Part shown: piece after piece, positions 31,090 through 42,371 of the stretch
Layout of the letters: every line of letters begins with the position of its first letter
Numbering within the stretch: the first letter of the stretch is position 1
DNA from: Geosiphon pyriformis uo1
Lineage: Eukaryota > Fungi > Glomeromycota
Length of the DNA: 64,000 nt
Assembly (NCBI GenBank): GCA_016748015.1
Contig: JAAOMT010000772.1
Span: forward strand, 65,541 to 129,540
Reading direction: 5' to 3'
The notes under the pieces: generated by a model
The model's database searches: none
What the model was told of the DNA's origin: nothing
What the model saw: the letters and a program-made list of their open reading frames with translations, nothing else
Made by a program: the position numbers and the translations under genes

Positions 31090-31803
31090 ACATTTGAACA
31101 GTTGTAAACAGAAGACAAAATTGCATTATTGATTTTATTTTTAAATACATCTGAAATTCTTAAACAGTTGTTTAAATATTATGTTCTAAAATTGCAGATT
31201 TTAAGATAGACACCTATAAACTCTCTATAGTATTTTGTTAAATTAAAAGTCAATCTTGTGAATAACTTTTTAGCAGATTTAGTAAAAAAATTTTTGAATA
31301 CCAGAATTTTCTTAGCCAACAATTTGTTTAATATGTTTTGGAATTTCAATCACTTTTTAATGTTTAAAATTTTGAAAAATTTTTATTATTTTAAAATAGT
31401 TTGCTTTTTAAAACACTCTGATATTGTCTTTGATAACAGACTGTTGAATAAGTATGGCTTGGTTATGAATTAAAAGATCTTTTACTGCTGAAAAAAATTA
31501 AGCTTTAAGAATCTAGTATTATTGTGGTTTAAAAAAGCTTTAGTTTACATGGCTAATTTTTCTGTTGATTTTAATGAAACTGTTTTTACTTTTAGTTGTA
31601 CAGATTTTTTTGCTTAGATAGTTTTTTAGACATTCAAGAGTATTTATATAGCTTATAAGCAGCTTTTTTTAATGTTTACATGAATAATTCATTAAAGTGT
31701 TTAAAAACAACAGAAGTTATTGGTAAAATGGCAGCTTATTTTTCTAATATTAATATAAGTATAAGCATTAAAGTATATAGATTTTTGTTTTTTATATTGA
31801 CAG
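31090..31803 (+). mobile_element. very decayed LINE fragment (RNase H N-terminal region)
   Basis: VYMNNSLK...MAAYFSNINISISIKV resembles a decayed VYTDGSL...AAAYF RNase H start. Interrupted by the LTR at 31804. Confidence 0.45.
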
Positions 31804-34800
31804 TATTATCAGTAGAATTTTATTTATTAAATTAGCATAAAATTACTCTTATAATTCTTATTATTAATTAATATATATTAATATTGTTTCAATTATTACT
31901 TATTACTTAATTAAATTATGGAATATTATTATTTAATTAATAATCCAATTTGTACAATAAAAATTAGAATAATTAAATTACACAATACCATAAACTATGT
32001 AATATTCAAGAATTTGCAAAAATTTGCAAAAATTTGCCAAAATAATGAATAGTTTACTAAAATAGTTAATAGTTTAATAAAATAACTTGTAATTTGTTAA
32101 AATATATTTTTAATTTATTAAAATCATAACAAAAATAAAATTCAAGTTTATAAACTAGTATTACAATAAACTGTATAAAAAAAGAGCTTTTTTTTCAAAA
32201 AAATGTATCTTATCTTAGCTTTATCAGAATTATTTTACCACAAATATCTTACTTTAGATTTATCTTTGTTAGTACAATTCAAAATAAAAATATACTTTAA
32301 AAACCAATTTTTTTAATAATTACACTTAAAATTTCCTAAAACTCAATTAATGTTTTGAAATTAACTAACTATTAATTTCAGTAATTTGTTAGTAACTAGG
32401 CCTAAATAGAAAATGATTTTTTTAATAAAATTCCATTTTTTTATATTTGTTATATTTTTTTTTATTTTTTTTATTATAATTATTAAGGTAGCCTACAAAT
32501 AAAATTTTTGTAGAAAAATTGACTTTTATAGCAAAGTAATTACACATTTTTAGTAAGCTTTCAGATGAGCAATTTTTGAAAAAAAGTTAATATTTACTAC
32601 AATATAACTATACAATATAATTGGTATAGAATTGGTCATTTTACTTATAAGTCCAACAGTTCAAATTATATAAAACAATTTAAAGATAAATTCAGTTATC
32701 AAAGGTTTATAAGCTTTCAATAAACATAAATTAACAGCAACCAAATATTAAACAACAAGCAAAAAAAAAGACCAAAAATTTTCAGTAATATTTAGTGCTC
32801 TTTCACAAAAATAACATAGTAATAATAACTTTAAATTAGTGATTACAACTAATACAACAACTTTAAAGTATTATTAGTTGATTTAGATTTACTACAAACA
32901 AAGATTTAACATTCAAGACGAAATTAAAATTTTCAACAAAACATTATATTAATATATTAAAAACTGTATTAACAACTATTTTTTTAAAAATTACAATATT
33001 TTAGAAGTTAAAAACACCCTCTATAAAAACTTATTACACTATTCTCACCTAAGAACAGAAGACCTTAATAGTAAAACACTCAACACTTATTTTCAAGAAT
33101 TTAACTTTAATATTATTCAATATTGTAAAAAAAAATATCTAGTACAATTTAAATTTTTTTAAACATAGAATCAGAGCCTGAGAATAATAACAAAAAAAAC
33201 AAAAACAAAATCCAAAAACAATTCATAATACACCAAAAATAACTGCCAAACATTTGCAAACATCTAAACAAAAAACCAGTGTCAAATTACTATTTTCTAT
33301 TATATTATTTCTAATTTTACTTGCTTAATCACAAATACTTAATTTACTTCTTATCTGGTTTTCAAGACCAGAAGATTTCACCTTACCAAAAAGCCTTATT
33401 CAACAGTTAGAAGTCATATTTACTAACACCAATCTTCTTAATTTTTTAACAAAGAACCAAAGTAATTATTTTAATACCAATAAAAATTTTTTTGAGTTTA
33501 CAGAAAAAAATTACTAAAGACAAGAATACAAAAAAAATAGCAACTATTTATATTGCAAAAATTACTGAATTTATTAAAAAAAATACAAACACCAGTACAC
33601 AAGAATGGCTTAACAAAGTCCAAAAAACAAGAGATACAAATAGATAAAATATAGCAAGAATATTAAAAGCAATTTCTTATTTTCTTCAAAAAATTACAGA
33701 TAAATAGTTTAAAAACTTAAACACATTTTTTGGAATTTAACAAGCATTCAAAAATGCTTTTTTAGAACAATTTACTAATAACAACATTTCTATTACTTTC
33801 CAAAACTGATTTTAAAACATCAAACAAAAACTTTTTAAATTTGTTATAATCTATCTTAAAAAGTTCAACAAACTTTTTTAATAAATTTGATAATTAAAAA
33901 CTAACAAATATTATTTTAACACTTAAATTTTGAACCAATTCATAACCAGATTAAAAGATAAATTAATCAAAAAAGTTTGTTTTATGTTTTAGCAAACTTA
34001 ACTACAGTCATTTGACATGCAAAAACTACAAAATAGCAATAAAAAAAGCAAACTATACCAAACTTGTTAATCTTGCAATTAGTGAAACCAGCTCAACAGC
34101 TGAAAAAAAAATTAATTAACTTACAAAGAAAGTTAAAAACTATTTTACTAAATAACAACAATAGCAACAACAAAAACATTAACCACTTCAAAGACACAAT
34201 CAAAATAATTACCCATCATTATTAAACAACCAATTTCAAAACTATTACTATTGTGAAATTTTAAAATACTTAAAACAAAATTGCCAAAAGATACAAAGAA
34301 ATCAACAATTAAGAAATAATCAATGTTATTCTCAATTTTAGCAATTCTATTACCAATTTCTATTACTAACTTATTATTTATCAAGATCTCAATATTAGAA
34401 CAATTCTTATCAACCTATTTCACAATCTATTTAACAACAATATTTACAACTCTTAATTTAGCAATATTAAATACCTGCTTAAAGATTGGTTCAATAAAAC
34501 CAATTTACAACAAATAACAACAGATTTAATTTCAACAATCAATTAGTTTTTCAAAATCAAATTTAACAAAGACCCACATATTATTATACTTAATTCAGCT
34601 ATTTATAATGCCAGAAAAATCGAATTTTTAGCAAACTGTACTTTCTAAAAATGAAGCTGTAACAACAAAACAAAATTCTTTTAGTAATACTATTTTATTA
34701 GCCAAAATTGTCCAAAACATCAATTTGTCTAATATTTTTCTATTTGAATTTAAAGCCAACAAATCATCATTTTTATTCAGCAATGTAGCAATTATTAAAC

Positions 34801-35623
34801 AAAAAGCAATTACAGCTATGTATACTAAAGCTAAAGTTAAAAGAAAGCCAATTCAATTAATTTTAGATAGTAGATTTATTGGAAGTATTATTATCTATCA
34901 GTTGATATAATAACTATAATAAAATGTTAACAAACTTGCCTAAACAGTTATTATTACAACCAATATCATAAAAAAAACTTTAGTAGAAAAAATTGACAAC
35001 TTTCTGTTTACTATTAATGGAATTACCATTTTAATTAAAGTTCTTGTTATAAATATATTCCAATATTAAGCTTTTGTTAAAAACAATTGGTTTTTTAAAG
35101 CCAATACAAATCTAGATTAGGAAACTTAGGAATTAAAAATTTTATATTAAAAACAATATACCAAAGTATCTATTACTTGTAATACTTTCAACAAATAATT
35201 GGAAAAGCTTCTGTGTTTAAATTTAAAAAAGAGAAAAAAATGCCAATTACTGAAACTTATATGACTTTTGGATTAACATCCAATTAGACCAAAGAAACAA
35301 AACAAGAAATTTTTAAAGAAACCAAAGGATAAAACATTGTCTATTATTCCAAATCAAAACTACAAAAATAGCTACTATATATTCTACTTAAATGCAAAGA
35401 TTGCAAGAAAAAACTTTTATTTATAAAAGCTTATATATCTTCAGAAAAGAAATATAAAACACATACTTATTATTACTATAAAGTCTGCCACCAAGAACAA
35501 TTTAGATACTCTAAACAAAGCAGAAAATAGAACAACACTCTTTGTCTTACTTGTGAAAAACTATTATTAAAAAAATGCAATTAGATTAATGTTGTAATAA
35601 AAAAAATATGTGATCAAACCTGC
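31804..35623 (+). mobile_element. Ty3/gypsy copy G (family 1): 5' LTR 31804-32790, PBS, extremely AT-decayed gag-PR-zinc module
   Basis: Colinear with copy B; PBS TTTAGTGCTC at 32791; interrupted by copy H. Confidence 0.87.
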
Positions 35624-38600
35624 TGTTACTCATAGAATATAGAATGTATATTAGCATATAAATTAGCCAATCTGAAATAGCCATAGTAAATGTGAAATTC
35701 TAGGATTCCTCTCAAAGAAATTGCAGAATTCCAGGAATTTCAGGATTTTCATACAAGATATTACAGGATTCTAGAATTCCAGGATTCCTTTCAAAGGAAT
35801 TGTAGGATTTCAGGAATTCCAGAATTCCTGATGTAAAGAATTGAGGAATTGAGGAATCTCAATTATATATATATATTGGTAACATTAAAAGTAGAAAAAA
35901 ACAGACCTCTTAGTTTAGATTTGATCTAAGCAATCTTTCACATTACAAAAATCAAATAAATAATTATTTACTATCTCAAATCTATTTATTATTATCAAAA
36001 CTTTATGTTGATAGTAATTGATACTTAACTACACTAGAACAATAGCTCTTAATCACGGCTATTGACAGGATACTAACTTTTATCACCTTGGTTTATTTCT
36101 TTATTTTCTTTTATTTTCTTTTTTGTTATTGTTTTGTTGTGTACTAATTGATTAAAGCACTGAGTTATTAATGTCAAGAATTGCCTGGTAAAAGACCTCT
36201 GTGAGTGGATAAAGCAGGTAAAGGAATTACAGATTACTTACTAGAGGAGTACTAACCATCAAGCTAAAGAAAAAAATTGACAGAATTGTGATTCTGAAAA
36301 GCTATGGATAAAACAATTATTGAATCTCTGTTTATTATACAAAAGACTTAACCAAAACCTTTAGATACCAATACCTTCAGATCATTATCATTGCGAATAG
36401 CTTCTGAGCACCAAGTTACAGGTTTTGTTATTTGATTTGAGACTTCAAATAATCATTTGTAACATTTGGTGCTCTCTGTGAAGTATAATCCTACAGAGAA
36501 CCAGTACCAACAACAATTATCCAAAAGTGGCAGAATCAGAAATCATAGGAGCAAACCATTTAGGATTTACCAAATTCTTGTTTCAACAGTACAGCCAACA
36601 ATTAGGATTAAACAATAACTATTTTCTAGCAAAATCAGCCTTTAACTTTTATGTCAATAATAAAATCACAGACTGCTTAGGAAGAACAGTTAACATTGAA
36701 TCCACAAGAGAAAATTTCTATACAGAATTGTTTCAACATATTAGCTTACCAAGAAACTACAGTTTTGCACCAATTATTAGGGAAATTAATTAAACTATTG
36801 AAAGATACACTCAACAACAATTTCTCATCACCTATGCAGACAAAGGCAAAAGAAGATTGCAAACACCAGTGGTAACACCCAAAAAGATACAACCACCTAC
36901 TTGGAAGAAAACCAGAGTTGAATCACCAACCAATTCATCATACCATTATACACCAAAAAGTGCCATCAATATCTTTCAGCAAACACATCTACATTAAACA
37001 TGACATCAATCTTTAAACGATTCCTATTTCAAAGTAAACAAAGAAGAGCAGAATTATTAGGACCATATGGCAAATATTTTAAAGGATTTAAATTGCAATC
37101 ACCAATGCCATCAAGATTTTGATCACTGCTACTTCAACCCAATTTCGGAATTGTGAATTCATAGAAAGTAACAGAATTAGAAGAAAAAGAAAGTAAGAAT
37201 CAGGAATTTACTTACCAAAACTCAATTCTAGAAAATCTGGAAGTTGAAATTTTGAACATTCAAACCCAGCAAACTCAAAACAATTCAAACTCCAAAACAA
37301 TTAATCAGCCAAACTTACCTCCAGTAATTGTCATCAATCAGCCACCAATTAAACTGATTATTGAACTAATTTAACAGCAGCCACTTCAGCAACCTATTTA
37401 ACAACTTTAACTACTACCACCATAACAACAACAACAAATGACATATACACCAATCACAAAGCTGAAAAAATTTTCTGGCAAAGAAGATAATGCCCAAGCA
37501 TGGATCAATGATGTCACCAAAGCCATCACCACCAATAACTGAGATGATGTCAAGACAATACAAGTCATCCCATATTTTCTCAAGGATACTGCCAACTTAT
37601 GGTATTATAGCTTAGCCCAAAAACCCCAAAACTTTAATGCATTCAAAATAAAATTCCTAAGATACTTCAGTAATAATAACAGCATCAACTGCCTGACAAG
37701 TACCTTTATCATCATAAAACAAGGGGACACAAAAGCAGTTACTGCTTATCTAGGGTGCTTCTACAGGAATTTGCACCAGATTTAAGCCATTAACACTGAT
37801 TATTTTATAGTAGTACAGATCTTGAACCAGTTTATTTGTGGATTATACAACAGTATCCTACAACATGTATGACCAATGCATCTAATCATCTTATAAGATG
37901 CAGTCACACATCCCAAAAATTTTGAGTTAGCTGAGTTAGAGGCCAATCATGCCCAAGCTGTAAATTTAGTAATAAATGAATCATCTAACCTAGATTTTAA
38001 ACTGAAGCACTTCAACAATTTAATCAATCAGAAAATCAAGATATATTTAGTTAACAATAATTAGGCAATCTATCAACCCTTACAACAATACAATAATCAA
38101 GGAAATATGAACTGTTTCCAAAATCAGCCGTGTTTATTCTCATCATCTAATCAGCCATAGCAGCCAGAGATGCATGTCTGCCACAACTGTGGTAAACAAG
38201 GTTACATAAAAACTAACTGTCATTTTTATAGTAATTCATGATCAGGAAATCAATACTGAAACCCTGATCACAGAGTTCAAACTCCAAATTATTACTTAAA
38301 TCAAGACCAATATCAGCCAACTTATCTGCCAATGATATAGCAGTCAATATATCAACTGTCCATATATTAACCTCTAGTTTATCAATTACAATTACAAGTA
38401 ATATATTAACTGCAGCCACCAGTAATTTATTAATCTCAGCAACTTCAAACATTGTCCTAAAATTCCACCCAGATGACATCAGAAAACTCCAGATCCAAAG
38501 TTATCCAAAACTGAAGATCGGCAATAGTGGTTCACCAACCAATTCTCAGTTCATCAAATCACTCATCAGAATTATGCCAGTAGAATTCGGGAGCTGAGTA

Positions 38601-39947
38601 CACCCAAAACCTGAATTCTTAGAACTATTTAAGTCTCTTGATAACTCCAGAAGACACTCCATCCAACAACCAAGAAACCAATCACACTTCAACACCTACT
38701 AACAATATTCTACCAGCTACTATCACTAAAAACAAATCACTGGATGCCATCTTTTCATTTGAACTTAAGAAACTGTCAGCCATGCTATTATTTAGTGGAG
38801 TCACTTTTGAAGAAAAACCTATTACCACCATGTACATTAATGTTAAAGTTGATGGCCACTCTATTAAACTGATCCTAGACAGTGGATTAGCTGACAGCAT
38901 CATCACAAAACAACTCATAAACCAATTAGATTGCCAAGTTGATCGAACTGCCAGCACACAAATCATCACTGTTAATGGAGTGACAAAACTTTGATCAGCA
39001 AAATTGATGACTTCTCTATAGAGATCAATAGCATTATTGTGCCAATCAAAGTATTAGTTATGGAAGCCACTCAATACCAAGCACTCATTAGTAATGATTG
39101 GCTGTCCAAAACCAATGTGATGCTTGATTGGAATATGCAAGAGCTTCAACTTAGCCAGAACAGTCGACACACATATGTACCAGCCACATGTGGCCATTTC
39201 AAGACCACCAACATGCCAGCACCACTCATCAAGTTCAAAAAAAAAGAGAAGAAACCTATCTGGGAAGCCTATCAAGTGTCATGGACTGAAGATGATGTTA
39301 CTGAAGGTTTTTGGTCTCTTTTTTTGAATGTTGTAATTGTTTGTTGATTGCAAATTTACATTTTCTATAAGTAGTTGAATCTTTAATAACTGAATTTATC
39401 TTCAAATTATCTTCTATAATTTGAACTGCTGGGCTTATAAGTAGAATGGCCAATTTCTTGCCAGTTACTTTATGTAGTTACCTTATAGTAAATGTCAATT
39501 CTTTCCCAAGAATTGCTCATCTGGAAGCTTACTAAAAATGTGTAGTTACTTTGCTGTGAAAGTCAACTCTTCTACAGGAATCTCATCTGTAGGCTACTTT
39601 AATGATTGTAATAAGAAAAGAAAAAAAAAATAAAAGAAATGTAAAAGAAATAAAATTTTATCAAAGGAAACGTTTTCTATCCAGGCCTGGAGTCACTAAC
39701 AGTTTACTGAAATTGGTAGCTAATCAATTTCAAAATGTTAATTGTGTTTTGGAGGTTTTCCAAATGCAATAATTTAAAGAATTTGGTTTTTCAAATTATT
39801 TGATATTTTATTTCTTTTTTTGTGTGTAGGAATGGTTTTAAGTAATAAATCTAAAGTAAGATACATTTTCTTGAAGAAAAAAGCTCTTCTTTTATACAAC
39901 TTGTTGTAGTACTAGTCTATGAACTTGCACTTTTTCTCTTTGCTCAA

Positions 39948-40056
39948 NNNNNNNNNNNNNNNNNNNNNNNNNNNNNNNNNNNNNNNNNNNNNNNNNNNNN
40001 NNNNNNNNNNNNNNNNNNNNNNNNNNNNNNNNNNNNNNNNNNNNNNNNNNNNNNNN
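39948..40056. other. assembly gap (N)
   Basis: Run of N inside the 3' LTR of copy B. Confidence 0.99.
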
Positions 40057-40132
40057 AAATAATAATTTGAAATGATATTAATATACTAATTAATTATAGG
40101 AATTATAAGGGTAATTTTATGCTAATTAATAG

Positions 40133-40840
40133 CTAAAATTCTACTGGTAACATAATTTCCTCCTCAAGACTGAGCTCCATCAAAGTCCAAGCACTATCTG
40201 TAATATTGAGATAGTAATCCAAAATAATTGAAGTAATCTGGTCTGAAAATTGTTGAAATTTCAGTTCTGTAAGTTTGCTAATGTATTGGACTTTCATTGG
40301 TTGCAGTATTGGATTTTGTAGAACATTTTCACAAGTATTAAACAAATCATAGAGTCTAAAAGCTGCTCTAAGTTTGTAGCAAGTGTTTGTTGGTCCAGCT
40401 GCTGTTTTGAATTCATTGTGGATTTGTTTTTGTATAGCTTCAGGAGTGAGATTTGTTGCTTTAAGTTCTAGTTTTTGTTCATAAAGTGTCTTTCCAATGT
40501 GAAAGTATTTATAGATAGGGGTGTGTTCATTGTTTTGTTCATTGAGAAGTAGTAGAAGTTTTTGTTGCATTGTAGCATTTGGTGGAATGTCAATAGGGGC
40601 AATTAAAAGATTTTTTTCTAGTGCTTGCTTCAAAAGTCTTGGTAATCTATTTTCAGAGTGGCTTCTTGTTTTTCTTCTATAGAGGTGATAGTTCTGTGAA
40701 TGATTTGCTATTGGGGCTGTAGTTTCTTTCTAAATATAATTAATTTAACTTCCATTAATTGTTATGGATAAGTCAGGAAGTGTTTTCAAGACTAACATTA
40801 ACTTTTGGGATATTTGTTGAATATTTCGGAGAATAATCAT
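40133..40840 (-). pseudogene. accessory ORF3 of copy B (235 codons, two C>T-type nonsense codons)
   Basis: ATG at 40840 (MIILRNIQQISQKL) is in frame with KQALEK...MLPVEF*. Confidence 0.85.
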
Positions 40841-40985
40841 GATAAAATTGACTAATTATGAAAAAAGAGAATAAAAAAAATTATTTTTTGGATATGGAGT
40901 TTTTATTTGTTTTTAGGTTTAGGTGTTTTTTGTAATTATTTACTATTTTTGTCTTTGTGTTTTTATTAGAAACTTATTGTAAAAT

Positions 40986-42371
40986 TTAAGTGTTCAAGTT
41001 TGGTTGTTGTTCTATTATAATTATTGGTTCTAAATTTCAGAGAATATCTTCAGGATTAATTAAAGGGAAATGTGTACCAATTTGTGGAATTAATGGTTCA
41101 GGATTGTTTCTGGAATGATAGTGTTTCAATCTGTCTCCATGTGCAACTTTTGCTAGTATTTTGTTATCAAGTCTTAACTTATATGATCCATTGTCTAGAA
41201 TTTCGTGAATATAAAATGGTCCATCCCATTGGTTTTCAAATTTCTCATTCCATTGTTTTTTAGCCTTAGTTCTGTGTAAGAGAACTTTATTTCCAACTTT
41301 AAATTCGTTGGTAATAGGTGGTAATTTGTTGTCATGTCTTTCTTTTTGTTGAGCTTAGGAATGTTCAATATAAGTTGCTGCTATTCTTCTTTTTCCTTCC
41401 AGTGTACTAAAAAGAGTGTAGGCTCTTCTTTGGAGTGTTTTTTGAAAGTTTTCTTCATTGATTGGTTGCACTGGGTATGTTTCCATTGTAAAATTAATTG
41501 GTAATGTTGCTGTCCTTCCATAAGTAAGATCAAATGGTGTGTGTTTTGTAGTATCTTGTTTTAGCATTCTGTATGCTAATAACACTGATAGAATAAAGAT
41601 ATCCCATTCCTGCTCAAAGTCTGTTGAGACTTTGGCTAGAGATTTACACAATGTTCTGTTAAAACATTCTACAAGTCTATTTGTTTGAGAGTAATAAGAT
41701 GATGATAAAGGTCTTTTAACATTAAACTGTTCACAAATTTTTTGTATCAAGTTGTTTACAAAATATGTTCCTTGATCAAATAAAAGTTTAATTGGGCATC
41801 CATGTCTACAAATAATGTCTTCATAGATAAAATTTGCTACTGATTTTGCATCTGCTCTTTGGATGGCTCTAGCTTCAGACTATTTGGTAAGATAATCTAC
41901 TGCTATTGCAATATAGCAATTTTTTTGGGTTGTGATAGGTAATGGTCTGACTAAATCAATTCCAATTCTGTCTAAAGGTTGTCCAACTTTGATTGGATTT
42001 AAAGATTCTGTGGTGCAAGTTCTTTTTTTTCTTTGACAACTATCACAAGATTCTACATATTGTCAAATGTCTTTTTGTATGTGAGGCCAAAAATAATGTT
42101 AAAGGGTTCTTTGAATTATTCCATTTCTTTCCAAGTGTGCTGAAGACGAGTTTGTGTGCATATTGTATAAAATTGTTTCTTTTTCATTCTCTTGTTCTAA
42201 TCTGAGTGGTTGGTTTGGGTTTCTGTGATTTTTATAATAGATTTTGTTCTGGTGTATGAAATATTGTTTTGATTGGTGTTGTAAACGATGTTTTTTACTT
42301 GGAAACCAGTTTTTTGGCATACTAAGGGTCTTCAAATAATTTTTAAGATTGCTGTAATTTCTGAAATCCAT
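40986..42371 (-). pseudogene. integrase ORF of copy B
   Basis: Colinear with the intact 461-aa ORF at 56576-57961. Confidence 0.9.

Noticed and set aside
40133-40840. ORF3 as an envelope gene
   Set aside because: Too short, with no signal peptide, fusion peptide or transmembrane anchor visible.
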